Shown in pieces: positions 1-10,379 of a DNA stretch of 64,000 bases (its first letter is position 1; each line of letters opens with the position of its first letter). The DNA lies in contig CAXXUO010000006.1 of NCBI GenBank assembly GCA_963666485.2, positions 1 through 64,000 of the forward strand, in the 5' to 3' direction. Source of the stretch: Syntrophorhabdaceae bacterium (lineage in GTDB: Bacteria; Desulfobacterota; Syntrophorhabdia; Syntrophorhabdales; Syntrophorhabdaceae). The notes beneath the pieces are model-generated. The model made no database searches. It saw only the letters and a list, made by a program, of their open reading frames with translations, and had not been told where the DNA came from. Both the position numbers and the translations under genes were made by a program.

Positions 1-833
1 CGTCATGATCCCCGATGCCCCGTACTGCGCCGGGTAGGCCACCATGGCAAACCCGCCGATCATTTTCCCCTTGACGATATAATCGAGGCTCCCGCCCGGT
101 GCATCTTTCCCTGGGCTGTCAGGATCTTGAAGTAATACCCGTGATAGGGTATGGGTTTATCTCCCCGCCTTGTACCCCTCCTTTGTCGCCTGCGCAAAGA
201 GTTCTCCGAAGGGGCTTGGCTCTTCGCCCGGCCTGGTCTCCCAGTAGAGGCCGTCCTTTTTACCCGGCGAACTGACGAATTTTTTGCGCATACTCGCGAA
301 AGCCGTCCGCATCCCTGTCATGGGCCGCGTATTCTCTCTGTGCGTCCACGTACGCCAGGCATGTCTGTATGGTGGAGAGTTCATTCTTCCCGATACGGCG
401 GTTGATGAGTTCTTCCTTGCCCTGCTTTGTATCGAAGAACCATTTCTTGCCCTTTTTCATGACAGGGACCGGGAACGGCCAGTCCTCTGCCCCTACCTGA
501 AGGATGGCTTTCTTATCGCCCTCCATCACCAGGGCGTTCTTCGCATCATACGCCTTGAGGAATTCCTCTCTCCCTACCTTGTCCTGTACCGGGTCTCCCG
601 AGGAAAGAATCTCCTTTGCACCCTTTCCGAAGATGTCATTCAAAGTCTGCGAATTGTCGGTCCCTTATTGCCTCGATCAGTGCTTTCACGGCCTCCTCAG
701 GAGAACCGAACGAGCTTTGGACGGTTTTCGCCGCATGGACCGGCAGGGGAACAGGGATCATGATCGCCAGGGCCAGGAGCATACAAACACAGGTCACCAT
801 ATATCTTGCTTTTTGATTTATAGAAGAGTTCAT
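1..833 (-). CDS. DUF2950 family exported protein; frameshifted three times, runs off the window start
   Basis: Joining ORF pieces gives signal peptide + FGSPEEAVKAL..SSGDPVQDK..DWPFPVP..RRIGKNEL..AQREYA..KDGLYW..PYHGYYFKIL..GGFAMVAYPAQYG, the DUF2950 pattern. +1 indels lie in homopolymers at about 662-664, 280-285 and 163-166. Confidence 0.8.
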
Positions 834-845
834 GATCTCGCCTCC

Positions 846-2111
846 TTATCGTCTGCCGCCACGACCGCCGCCGCCACCGCCGCCACGACCGCCGCCACCG
901 CCGCCACGACCGCCGCCGCCACCGCCTAAGGATGCGCCGCCACCGCCACCACCGCCCCTCTGCATGGACGGCGAGGGCGTGCTTGCCCGGCTCGACTGGC
1001 CCCTGCTGCTATCCATCCTTGCAGTGCTTCCCTTGTCCATACCGCCAAAGGCATCCTGTCTTCCGCCGCGGTCCATCGTTGAGGAGGTCGGCCTCCCGCC
1101 ATCCGGTCTTTTGCCCCGGGCGGTCCATCGAAGCCGGCCGCGTCTGGGCCGAAGGCCCTCCGGCACCCTGACCGCTTCTGCCTCTATACGCATCCCGGGA
1201 CTCGCTCCCGGAGGTCCCCCTGTTATATTTTTGTGCGGTACCCTGGTCCCTGTACGCGACTCCGCCGCGGTGGCTCGCGTCGTGCTGCCATTGGCCCTGA
1301 CCCGCCTTGCCTCCCTGCGCCTGATACTGCTGCTTGTACTGTTCGCGGTTGATGTTCCTGTTCAGGTTCGCGTTCTGGTTGACATTGATATTGACGTCGC
1401 CGCCATGCCAGTTCGCGTGCCCCCCAGGCATAACCCCATGCCGCGCCCACGGCGGCACCGGTCATGAAGGAAAGGGCGGCCGTCCCGGCCACATAACCCG
1501 GAGGGTAAACGGGATAGGGAGGGTACGCCGGGTATGCCCATGCGCCGTACACGACGGTCGGGTTGTAGGCCGGCACGTAGATGACCTGGGGGTTCGCCGG
1601 TTCGATGACGATGACGTTCTGATCGGACTTGACCACCTGTTCCTTTGTCGTCTTCAGGTTGCCCGATGTCTGGGCCTTCGACCTGAGCTTCTGGACGGTT
1701 GCCATGACATCCTTTTCCTGCGCGAGGAACGCGTCCCCCAGTTTTTGTGTCCAGTCGAGTTTTTTCACTCATCATAGACAGGACGTCGGGGAAGTTCACC
1801 ATGGATTTGACGCTGGGGGTCCCAGGGGCTGCGCCTCGAGCGCCTTTGCCAGGGCATCCCCCTTCACGTTCTTGTTCTGCTTTCGCCCACCTGTCCGCCT
1901 GCACGATCTCCAGGGGATACGTGGAGGCCATGAGCAACTGGGTGAGGAGGGGATCGGGGTAAAGGGCGACCGGGGCCAGTATCTGCTCGAGTTCCTCCGC
2001 CTTGAAAGGCTGGGCCGATGACGTCCCCTGCGCATACGACATGGGGGGGACGATCAACAATGCCATGCAGCAAAAAATCAAAATACGGGAGGTCACTGTC
2101 CTGATCTTCAT
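846..2111 (-). CDS. DUF3300 family exported protein with Gly/Arg-rich C-terminal tail; multiply frameshifted
   Basis: ELEQILAPVALYPDPLLTQLLMASTYPLEIVQADRW, WDPSVKS, LGDAFLAQ and VIYVPAYNPTVVYG are spread over several frames. AAGGAG RBS precedes ATG 2111. About six +1 homopolymer indels. Confidence 0.8.
855..957 (-). repeat. GGY codon tandem repeat encoding (R)GGGGG tail of DUF3300
   Basis: Repeated ccgccgccacga/ccgccgccaccg units on the + strand. Confidence 0.8.
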
Positions 2112-2434
2112 CTTGGCAACTCCTTTTGCGTTCATCGATATTACAGCCCGGCCGGGTGTTGAGGGTGGCGCGTTATGCAATATCGGCACCCGTTTTCACC
2201 GCCCGGCCCTTCACATTGCCGAAACAAGCAACTCGACCTGAACATGGGGGAACACTTTACTAATAATACAATTTCACCCCTCATGAGTTTTGTCAATTGG
2301 ATGTCTCGTCTTATACTCTCAATGGGCCTGCCGTCCATAAACCGTCCCGGTTCCTTTGTCAGTTGGTGCCCGCTAATGGCCACATGAAGGACCTTACGGC
2401 CGGCGAGAGACTGTTCGGGGCCCGTTCAAAAAGT

Positions 2435-3445
2435 TTAGCATATTCTGGGCAATTGTGCCCCCGTCAGCATCTCGAGGACCCGTCTCGTACCAATGACGGT
2501 CTTGAGGGCAACCCTTCCGGGGTGGTCTCTCACCACCTGTCCAACGATCCCGGCCTCGTGACCGAGAAAATGGCCGCGCACCGTTTCGAGAATGTCGTCC
2601 GCTTCTTCCGGATCGGCGATGAGAACGAGCTTTCCTTCGTTTGGGAGATAAAACGGGTTTAGCCCCAGGAGTTCACAGCCGGCACGAACTCCTTCATGGA
2701 CAGGGACTGCGGCTTCCTCGATCTCGAACCCGAGACCGCTGCCTTGTGCAAGCTCAACCAGGGCGGTGGCCAGACCTCCCCGCGTGGGGTCTCTCATAAC
2801 CCGCACCCCTTTGTGAGAATTCAGGACCCTCCGGACAAGACCGTTCAGGGGGGCACAGTCACTTTCGAGCGATGTGGCGAATTCCAGGCCTTCCCTCTGG
2901 CAGAGGACGGCCATCCCGTGGTCCCCCATGCTTCCCGAAACGATGATCCTGTCGCCCTCCCGGACCATTCCCGGAGAGAGGTCCACACCATCAGGTATCC
3001 ACCCGATCCCTGCCGTATTGATGAAGATCCCGTCGGCGTTTCCCCGCCCAACCACCTTGGTGTCACCTGCGACGATCACGCACCCCGCCTGCCGCGCGGC
3101 CTCGGCCATCGAGGTGACGACCCGCTCGAGGTCGGGAAGCGGCAGGCCTTCCTCCAGGATATAGCCTGCCGTAAGGTAAAGAGGCACTGCTCCCACCATG
3201 CTGAGGTCATTGACTGTGCCGCAGACCGCGAGCTTTCCGATGTCACCTCCCGGGAAGAAGATGGGCTGGACCACGTAAGAGTCCGTTGTGAAGGCGAGGG
3301 TGCCTCCCGGGCGGGGCAGGACTGCCGCGTCACACAGAGGGTCGAGGTATGTGTTGGAAAAATGGCGTTTGAACAACTGTTCGATCAACTCGTGGGTTGA
3401 ACGTCCGCCCTCACCATGGTCGAGACCTATCATTCCAATCTTCAC
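2435..3445 (-). CDS. hypE: Hydrogenase maturation protein HypE
   Basis: HGEGG, FTTDSYVV, GTVNDL and RDPTRGG motifs; C-terminal QLPRIC. GTG start overlaps the hypD stop (GTGA). Confidence 0.95.
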   Translation of the reverse strand: MKIGMIGLDHGEGGRSTHELIEQLFKRHFSNTYLDPLCDAAVLPRPGGTLAFTTDSYVVQPIFFPGGDIGKLAVCGTVNDLSMVGAVPLYLTAGYILEEGLPLPDLERVVTSMAEAARQAGCVIVAGDTKVVGRGNADGIFINTAGIGWIPDGVDLSPGMVREGDRIIVSGSMGDHGMAVLCQREGLEFATSLESDCAPLNGLVRRVLNSHKGVRVMRDPTRGGLATALVELAQGSGLGFEIEEAAVPVHEGVRAGCELLGLNPFYLPNEGKLVLIADPEEADDILETVRGHFLGHEAGIVGQVVRDHPGRVALKTVIGTRRVLEMLTGAQLPRIC

Positions 3446-4533
3446 AATAGTCTGTCTCCAAATTGAAAATAGGCCATGCATGCACCTTCAGAAGAGATCA
3501 TGCACGGGCCGACGGGATGCTGTGGGTCACAGGTGCTACCGAAAAGGGGGCAGTCCGCAGGAGAAGCGACCCCACACAGGATCTCCCCACAACGACAGGC
3601 CGAAGGCTCGCGGTCCATAGCTACGGTGACCGGGAAGATCCTCAAGGCATCGAATTCGGCATATTCTTCACGAATGCAAAGGCCGCTTGCCCGAAGGGGC
3701 CCGAGTCCCCGCCATTCGGTGTCGCAGGCCGTGAACACCTCGTTCATGACCTTGAGCGCCGTCCGGTTCCCCTCGGGCAGGACACTCCTCGAGTAGGCAT
3801 TGTCTACCTGCGAGCGGCCTTCGCTGACCTGGTCGACGAGCATACGGATAGCAAGCAGGATATCGACGGGTTCAAAACCTGCCACTGCCACCGGGACCCT
3901 CCACTTTTCCGGGACGAACTTCCAGGCGTTAGAGCCGATCACCGTTGTTACATGTCCCGGTCCCAGTATTCCAGATATGTTCACTTCGCCGGCATCCAGG
4001 ATGGCCGCGGTGGCCGGAGGGGTCAGCTTGTGGAATGAGAGAACGAAATAATTTTTCACCCCCTGTTGACGGGCCTGAAGGATCGAGGCTGCGACTGCCG
4101 GCGCTGTTGTTTCGAACCCGACACCCAGGAAGATCACGGGCCGGCCGGGGTCCTTTGCGGCCATGGCCACCGCGTCCATCGGGGAGTAGACGATCCGGAC
4201 GTCGGCGCCCTGTGCGCGCGCCTCCTCGAGACTGCCCCGGCTTCCGGGGACACGGACCATATCTCCAAAGGTCGTTAAGATGACGCCTTTTATCCCGGCC
4301 ATGGCTTGAGCCCTGTCGACATCGGCGGAAGAGGTGACGCACACGGGGCAACCCGGGCCGGCCAGCATCTGAACGTCCGGGGGCAGGAGTTTCCGGATGC
4401 CGAATCGCGCGATGGCGTGCGTGTGCCCGCCGCAGAATTCCATCAGCTTAAGGGGTTTGCGCACGCGCTTCTCAATGTCTGCCGCGAGGGCCCGAACTGT
4501 TAGCGGATTGCGATATTCGTCGATAAATTTCAT
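3442..4533 (-). CDS. hypD: Hydrogenase maturation protein HypD
   Basis: MEFCGGHTH, GPGCPVCVT, GFETTAP, PGHV and GPCMISSEGAC motifs. Confidence 0.97.
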   Translation of the reverse strand: MKFIDEYRNPLTVRALAADIEKRVRKPLKLMEFCGGHTHAIARFGIRKLLPPDVQMLAGPGCPVCVTSSADVDRAQAMAGIKGVILTTFGDMVRVPGSRGSLEEARAQGADVRIVYSPMDAVAMAAKDPGRPVIFLGVGFETTAPAVAASILQARQQGVKNYFVLSFHKLTPPATAAILDAGEVNISGILGPGHVTTVIGSNAWKFVPEKWRVPVAVAGFEPVDILLAIRMLVDQVSEGRSQVDNAYSRSVLPEGNRTALKVMNEVFTACDTEWRGLGPLRASGLCIREEYAEFDALRIFPVTVAMDREPSACRCGEILCGVASPADCPLFGSTCDPQHPVGPCMISSEGACMAYFQFGDRLL

Positions 4534-4757
4534 TCGCTCCTGCTCAGGTCCTCCATCTGCTTGAGAAGCTCGAGGGTCTCCCGCGCTTCTTCTTTATCCA
4601 GGGTGCCGATGGCATACCCGGCATGGACGAGCACGTAATCCCCCGGTTGTGCTTCCGGGGTGAGCGCCAGGCTTACCAGCCTTTTTACGCCGCCGATCTC
4701 GACTATGGCCCCGGTCTCTTTCTTCTCCAGTATGAGTACGGGTGTTGCAAGACACAT
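4530..4757 (-). CDS. hypC: HypC/HybG hydrogenase chaperone
   Basis: N-terminal MCLA(T)P and GDYVLVHAGYA; 75 aa. Confidence 0.95.
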   Translation of the reverse strand: MCLATPVLILEKKETGAIVEIGGVKRLVSLALTPEAQPGDYVLVHAGYAIGTLDKEEARETLELLKQMEDLSRSE

Positions 4758-4768
4758 AGGTCCTCTCT

Positions 4769-7138
4769 CTACTTCAACGCAAAATGACCGATCACTGCCT
4801 GCCCGAAAGCGACACCGCCGTCGTTGGCAGGGACCTGGCGGTGCAGCAAGGGCTGCAGATCATGCTCGAGGAGTTCTTCCACCGTTAGCCTGAGGAGAAG
4901 ACGGTTCTGGAAGCATCCGCCTGAAAGAACGACCTTCTTAAGGCCGGTACCCGCTGCGATATGACGGCTTACCTCGCCCGCCATCCGGGCAATGCTCCGG
5001 TGAAATTTGCTCCCGATCTCTGCGAGCGTTCTTGAAGCGAGCGCGTCCTCAAGGACCGATCGCAGTAAAGGTGTGAGGACAACCTCGTGAAAGGAAGGGT
5101 ACGGCGGAAGGTCGCCTGTTTCTCCCCAGCTCATGGGTGACCCGGTCAAACGGAGGTCGTAGGGATAGAGGTCCGTTGAATCACGGGAGACCATTTCCAT
5201 CTCAATGGCCCCCTGGGCTTCGTAGTCTGTATGGAGGCGTCCGCCCCCGATCGCCGCCACCACATCGAACAACCTCCCGCAGGAAGAGGTCTGGAAGAGG
5301 TTGACGCCGCGTTCGACCTGGAAGGCGAGCACTTTTTTTTCCGGTTCCCCGAGTTTCAACGTTGGCGGCAGCGGGAAGGCGGGACCGAAGAGCCGGTGAA
5401 GATACGCAAAAGCAACCCTTCCGGGATGGCGGATGCCCGTGTCCCCTCCCGGTAACGGAAGGCATTCGAGGGAGGCGGCCCGACAGAACCCTCCCGGGCC
5501 GGCTATCAGCCATTCACCTCCCCATATACGGCCATCGAGCCCATAGCCTGTCCCGTCCATTGTGACGGCAATGACGGGTTCCGTGACGCCGTTATCTATC
5601 ATACAGGCCACAGCGTGGGCGTGGTGATGCTGAACCCCGAGGAGAGGCAGCGTATCTCGCAATGCCCGCTCCTCGGCATAACGAGTCGAAAGATAATCCG
5701 GGTGCAAGTCGTGAACCAGGCCTTCAGGCCGCAAGCGAAAGAGCCTCTCGTAGGTGCGGACGGACGTTTCAAAATGCTCCATCGTCTCGAGGTTCTCCAT
5801 GTCCCCGATATGCGGGCTGAGGAGTGCATACCTGTCTCTCGTAAAGCAGAACGTGTTTTTCAATTCCGGGCCGCACGCAAGGAGTTCGCGGGAGGCGAAG
5901 GGGAGCTTGAGCGGGTAAGGGGCATCCCCTCTCGAACGCCGGATGGGCTGAGCGGAATAAGCGCCTTCTGCTTGAGCGGGGAGTGACGGGACAAACCAGA
6001 CGCCGTCATCGTACCGGGCATAGATCTCCCGGTTGTGAAAGAGGAACGCGTCAGCGAGGTGCCGCAAGCGGTCCCATGCCTCGTCGTTCGTCCGTGCTAT
6101 CGGTTCCTCCGACACGTTGCCGCTTGTCATTACGAGCGGCCTGCCGACGTCATTGAGGAGAAGATGATGGAGCGGCGTGTACGGCAGCATCACCCCGAGG
6201 TAGTTGTTCCCGGGCGCCACCTCCGGGGCCACAGTCGAGCCCGCGCGCCGTAAGGCAAGTACAATGGGGCAAGAGGGCCTGTCGATGACCTCTTCTTCCC
6301 GGGGAGTGGTCTTGCAATGCTGCCGGATCTCATCGAGGGATGCCATCATCACGGCAAAGGGCCTCGATGGGCGGCCTTTCTTTTCCCGGAGCCTTCGCAC
6401 CGCCTCTTCGTTTGTGGCATCGCATGCGAGGTGGAACCCGCCGAGGCCTTTAAGGGCAACGATCTTTCCCGAGAGGAGCATGTGTGCACAGGCTTCGATC
6501 ATCACTGAACTTGCGTTGTCACCCTCGGGTGCCCTCAGGGCGTCTTCGGTGCGTGCCGACGACGGCGCAAGCCAGACCCTCGGGCCGCACACCGGGCAGG
6601 CGTTCGGCTGCGCATGGAACCGGCGGTTCAGAGGGTCGTCGTATTCCTGTTGGCAGTCAGGACACATTGTGAACGGGGCCATCGTGGTCAGACGCCGGTC
6701 GTAGGGCACATCGGCGATAATGGTAAAACGGGGGCCGCAGTTCGTACAGTTGGTGAAAGGGTATCTATACCGCCGGTCGGCGCGGTCGAACAGCTCGTTG
6801 CGGCATGCGCGGCATGTCGCGATATCGGGGGATATCAAAACGTATCCGGCCTCAGCCTCGCTCGGGCGGATGTCAAAATGAAGATAGCCGTTAGGAGGGA
6901 TCGGCTCTGTCTCCACCATCTCGATCCGGGACAGGGGCGGGGACAGCGCGACAAGGTCCCGGCAGAAGAGATCAAGGGCGGACGGGTTGCTTTCCACCTC
7001 CATCACGACCCCCGAGGTCGTGTTCAGGACCCACCCCTTTACATGGTGCCTTGTGGCAAGGCCGTATACGAAAGGTCGAAAGCCAACTCCCTGCACGACA
7101 CCTCTGACATGAACACGCAGAGCCGAGGAAGTATCCAT
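4769..7138 (-). CDS. hypF: Carbamoyltransferase HypF
   Basis: Acylphosphatase GVVQGVGFRPFV, zinc fingers CRAC..CTNCGPRF and CPDC..CPVCGP, HDLHPDY, QHHHAH, PANDGG. Confidence 0.97.
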   Translation of the reverse strand: MDTSSALRVHVRGVVQGVGFRPFVYGLATRHHVKGWVLNTTSGVVMEVESNPSALDLFCRDLVALSPPLSRIEMVETEPIPPNGYLHFDIRPSEAEAGYVLISPDIATCRACRNELFDRADRRYRYPFTNCTNCGPRFTIIADVPYDRRLTTMAPFTMCPDCQQEYDDPLNRRFHAQPNACPVCGPRVWLAPSSARTEDALRAPEGDNASSVMIEACAHMLLSGKIVALKGLGGFHLACDATNEEAVRRLREKKGRPSRPFAVMMASLDEIRQHCKTTPREEEVIDRPSCPIVLALRRAGSTVAPEVAPGNNYLGVMLPYTPLHHLLLNDVGRPLVMTSGNVSEEPIARTNDEAWDRLRHLADAFLFHNREIYARYDDGVWFVPSLPAQAEGAYSAQPIRRSRGDAPYPLKLPFASRELLACGPELKNTFCFTRDRYALLSPHIGDMENLETMEHFETSVRTYERLFRLRPEGLVHDLHPDYLSTRYAEERALRDTLPLLGVQHHHAHAVACMIDNGVTEPVIAVTMDGTGYGLDGRIWGGEWLIAGPGGFCRAASLECLPLPGGDTGIRHPGRVAFAYLHRLFGPAFPLPPTLKLGEPEKKVLAFQVERGVNLFQTSSCGRLFDVVAAIGGGRLHTDYEAQGAIEMEMVSRDSTDLYPYDLRLTGSPMSWGETGDLPPYPSFHEVVLTPLLRSVLEDALASRTLAEIGSKFHRSIARMAGEVSRHIAAGTGLKKVVLSGGCFQNRLLLRLTVEELLEHDLQPLLHRQVPANDGGVAFGQAVIGHFALK

Positions 7139-7152
7139 TGCCTTATGCTCTC

Positions 7153-7806
7153 CTACACGCTTTTCACGAGGGATTCCAGCCATTCCGCCCATGCCCCCAC
7201 ACCTTCACGGGTCCGGCAGGAGACCTCGAATACCTGCGCCCCCGGGTTGAGCGATGAGACCCCCTCGCGCATGGCTTCCATGGCGAAGTCCACGTACGGG
7301 GCCAGGTCGATCTTATTCAGGACGACCGCATTCACAGCGGTGAAGATCCCCGGGTACTTGTACGGTTTGTCGTCTCCTTCGGGGACACTGGCAACGACAA
7401 CGCGGACCTCTTCACCCAGTTGAAATTCCACGGGACAGATCAGGTTGCCCACGTTCTCGATAAAAAGTACGTCAATCTCATTGAGGGGGAGGGCCTTCAG
7501 GGCCTTTTGAACGGTGAGAGCGTCAAGGTGGCATTCACCCCCGGTATTGATCTGAACGACAGGGATGTCTGCACTCGCTATTCTGTCAGCGTCGATACGC
7601 GAAGCCACATCGCCCTCGATAACGCCCGCCCGGATCCGTCTGCCCCACGCCCTGACAGTCTCGAGGATGAGGCTAGTCTTCCCGGCGCCCGGAGATGCCA
7701 TAAGATTCACGGCGAGGACGCCGCGGTCCTTCAGCAGTTCACGGTTTTCTTTGGCCGTAAGGTCATTGGCATTGAGAACCTGGGTGATGACCTCTACCTT
7801 CGTCAT
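7153..7806 (-). CDS. hypB: Hydrogenase nickel GTPase HypB
   Basis: SPGAGKT, ECHLDA, ENVGNLICP and NKID motifs; GGAGG RBS before ATG 7806. Confidence 0.95.
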   Translation of the reverse strand: MTKVEVITQVLNANDLTAKENRELLKDRGVLAVNLMASPGAGKTSLILETVRAWGRRIRAGVIEGDVASRIDADRIASADIPVVQINTGGECHLDALTVQKALKALPLNEIDVLFIENVGNLICPVEFQLGEEVRVVVASVPEGDDKPYKYPGIFTAVNAVVLNKIDLAPYVDFAMEAMREGVSSLNPGAQVFEVSCRTREGVGAWAEWLESLVKSV

Positions 7807-7820
7807 TTTACCTCCGCCGT

Positions 7821-8162
7821 TCACTCGACCTCGATGCTCTCCACGTAGAATTCACGTCCGCCTGTGATCTCCTCTAACACGCTATGGCACAGGGGGCAGC
7901 GCCAGTTCCCTTTCCCCGGGGTAAATTCCGTCCGGCATTGCCCGCAACGCGCCCGGACGGGAACGTGCACGACCGACAGGCGCGCGTTGTGCGCCTTTGT
8001 GCCCTCGGAAAGGATATCAAAATAGAACCGGATGCTCTCCTCGATGAAGCCGGTAAGGTCCCCGATCACCAGGTTGATCTTGAGCACTTTTGACGCCATG
8101 GCCCTTTCGGCATGCTCCAGCGTTACGTCCAGAAGCTGGTTGGTTACAGATAATTCATGCAT
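7821..8162 (-). CDS. hypA: Hydrogenase nickel metallochaperone HypA
   Basis: MHELS start, two CxxC, GREFYVESIEVE. Confidence 0.95.
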   Translation of the reverse strand: MHELSVTNQLLDVTLEHAERAMASKVLKINLVIGDLTGFIEESIRFYFDILSEGTKAHNARLSVVHVPVRARCGQCRTEFTPGKGNWRCPLCHSVLEEITGGREFYVESIEVE

Positions 8163-8186
8163 GTAATGCCAGACCCCCTGATGCTT

Positions 8187-8873
8187 TTATTCGTCAGACC
8201 TTCGCTGCCGATGGAATAATTCCTGGGAGACCAGGCGGGCAATGAGGATGGCGAGATAAAGCTGGCCTGTAATTGCTTCCGCGGTTGCAAGAGAGCGAGC
8301 GACGGGATGCACAGGCGCAATGTCCCCATATCCCAGAGTCGCGAGAGTAACGAAACTGAAGTATGTCCAGGACGAGAATCCGCCCGATTGGGTCACAGCA
8401 CCGGAGAAGGAGCCGGGATCGGTATATTCAAGGAGTTGATACGCATAGGCCCAGGCGAGTCCAAGGAGAAGGTAAACCGCTATGGCCCCTTCTATACGCC
8501 GGAACGTTACCGGCCCACTTTTGAAAACCCGGGCCAGGATGATCAGGCAAAAGAGGAGGACGCATGCGATCGTCGCAAGATAGTCCGCCACCTGGAGGGC
8601 GGGCAGGGGAAACAGGTGGTCCGTCCAGCGCAAGACGAGCGCGACCACAGTTATCCCGGCACCTGTCAGAAAAGAAGCCTTGCTTTCCGACAGGGACGCT
8701 ATACCCGATATGAGGAGGAGAGAGAAAAAAATGTCGATCACGAGCCGGCCCGCGAGACCGATGCGGCCCAGCGGAGGAAGAATGAATGTAAAGACCACTA
8801 TCATGGCGAGAAAAACGGACAAACCCACTTCGGTGGACGTGATAAACGATACTGGCCGCTTCTTAATAGCCAT
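8187..8873 (-). CDS. Potassium channel family protein (Ion_trans_2)
   Basis: Hydrophobic helices and pore/selectivity filter YFSFVTLATLGYGDI. Confidence 0.88.
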   Translation of the reverse strand: MAIKKRPVSFITSTEVGLSVFLAMIVVFTFILPPLGRIGLAGRLVIDIFFSLLLISGIASLSESKASFLTGAGITVVALVLRWTDHLFPLPALQVADYLATIACVLLFCLIILARVFKSGPVTFRRIEGAIAVYLLLGLAWAYAYQLLEYTDPGSFSGAVTQSGGFSSWTYFSFVTLATLGYGDIAPVHPVARSLATAEAITGQLYLAILIARLVSQELFHRQRRSDE

Positions 8874-8932
8874 GCCGGTCCCTCAGGCGACCCTCGCCCG
8901 CGCACATCCGGGCAGTTTATCGGCGGGCGCTA

Positions 8933-10150
8933 TCATTGTATGACCTCGGGCGCATCAGGGGCCATCGCAGCAACGCTTTTTTCATAGAGGCTGATCCCCG
9001 GCAGGGCGCTCAATCCGTGGGCAAAAACACTTATGAGCACCGTCACCGTCACTGCGAGGCGGATCGTGAGTTCTCCGGGGAGCTGTGCTTCATGCTCGAT
9101 GAATACCAGACCGAGGACGATCGAAGCAAGCCCCCGGGGGCCGTACCACCCCATGAAAAGGATTGTGCTCTTCTTCAGCCGGGTGCCGATCAGAGCGACC
9201 GCCACGGGAAGCATCCTGACCACGGTGAGGCTCAAGGCGGCATAGATCACGAGGTCGTACGTGAAGAGGTGCCATCCCTTCGAAGCCATGAGGCCGAGAA
9301 AGAAAAAGACGAAATAATTGAAAACCTGCCCCCAGCCTTCCGTAAATTCCAGGCTGTGTTTTCCGATGTCCTTGAACCCGATCTGCGAAGCCATACCGGC
9401 AACGAATGCGGCAATGAACATGCTCGCGCCCGAAGGTTCGGAGAATATCATTGACAGGATGGGCAGGGCGACGATACCAAGCTGTTCGGTGGCCTCATCC
9501 ATCCATTTTCTCTTGTGTGCCCACCCGAGAAGGAAGCCCCCCACCAACCCGATCACCGCACCGGTGATGATCCCGTAACCGAGCTGCTCCATCAGGAACT
9601 TCGCCAGGATGTGCCCGCCTGCGGAAGCCGGCTGGGCCATGGCGATGAAGAACATGAGAAAGGGGACCGACATCCCGTCATTGAGGCCCGCTTCTATGTT
9701 GAGAGCGTTACGGATACGCGCAGGCACACGGGGACTCGATACGATCACCTGCCCAAGGCCCGCGTCGGTGGGTGCCAGGATGGCTGCGAGAACACCTGCC
9801 TCCCAGACCGAAAGACCGGGAAATACGAGAAGGGCCGCAGCGGCGCCGAGAACTATCGTCAACAGCATGCCTGTCGAGAGAAGACGGGCAGGGAGGCGGC
9901 GGAGACTTCGCACGTCTCTGAGATCGATCTTGCTGGAATCCGTGAACAGCAGGAGAACAAGCCCCATTTCGGCGATGAAGAGAAGAAATTTGAGGTCCTT
10001 GTCTATCTCCAGCGAAACAGGAGTGAACAGGGGAACGATTAAACCTGCGGTGGTAAAAACGATGGGAGCGGTGATAATGGTCCGGCTGAGTGATTTCGAA
10101 AATAAACTGTACAGGAATATCAGCAAGACAAAAATTATTGCCAGAACCAT
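8933..10150 (-). CDS. CPA1/NhaP-type cation:proton antiporter
   Basis: About 12 TM helices; LAPTDAGL, EAGLNDG and WYGPRGLAS motifs. Confidence 0.9.
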   Translation of the reverse strand: MVLAIIFVLLIFLYSLFSKSLSRTIITAPIVFTTAGLIVPLFTPVSLEIDKDLKFLLFIAEMGLVLLLFTDSSKIDLRDVRSLRRLPARLLSTGMLLTIVLGAAAALLVFPGLSVWEAGVLAAILAPTDAGLGQVIVSSPRVPARIRNALNIEAGLNDGMSVPFLMFFIAMAQPASAGGHILAKFLMEQLGYGIITGAVIGLVGGFLLGWAHKRKWMDEATEQLGIVALPILSMIFSEPSGASMFIAAFVAGMASQIGFKDIGKHSLEFTEGWGQVFNYFVFFFLGLMASKGWHLFTYDLVIYAALSLTVVRMLPVAVALIGTRLKKSTILFMGWYGPRGLASIVLGLVFIEHEAQLPGELTIRLAVTVTVLISVFAHGLSALPGISLYEKSVAAMAPDAPEVIQ

Positions 10151-10182
10151 CGCTACCCCCTGGTATGTAACCCCGTTGGTTT

Positions 10183-10210
10183 ATAATAGCGTCTTCCGGT
10201 TAATTGTCAA
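10183..10210 (-). promoter_or_regulatory. Putative sigma70 promoter for the antiporter-K channel-hyp operon
   Basis: Minus strand TTGACA-16 nt-TATTAT, about 30 nt upstream of the antiporter start. Confidence 0.55.
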
Positions 10211-10350
10211 GAACAACCGCCGATGAGGACCGGGCCGTATGGGGCATAACCTATGTGCTTCCGCGGGCCGATCACCCGCGCTTCAAAAGCCTGATGCACG
10301 CATGTCCACGCCTGAACCCATTGTTCAGGGCGGGAGTACAGCTTTGCACG

Positions 10351-10379
10351 TTGACAAACGCCGTTTCGCAGAGGATACT
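10351..10379 (+). promoter_or_regulatory. Putative sigma70 promoter for the glycolysis/Ech operon
   Basis: TTGACA-17 nt-GATACT, followed by a ~200 nt leader. Confidence 0.55.

Noticed and set aside
832..1467. Proline-rich + strand ORF and other long antisense ORFs (e.g. 22297-23583, 41325-42413)
   Set aside because: Reverse-frame shadows of well-supported genes in GC-rich DNA.
1..2111. DUF2950/DUF3300 as true pseudogenes or phase-variable genes
   Set aside because: About nine indels, all +1 in short homopolymers, with no nonsense substitutions. This is the signature of an unpolished long-read consensus.
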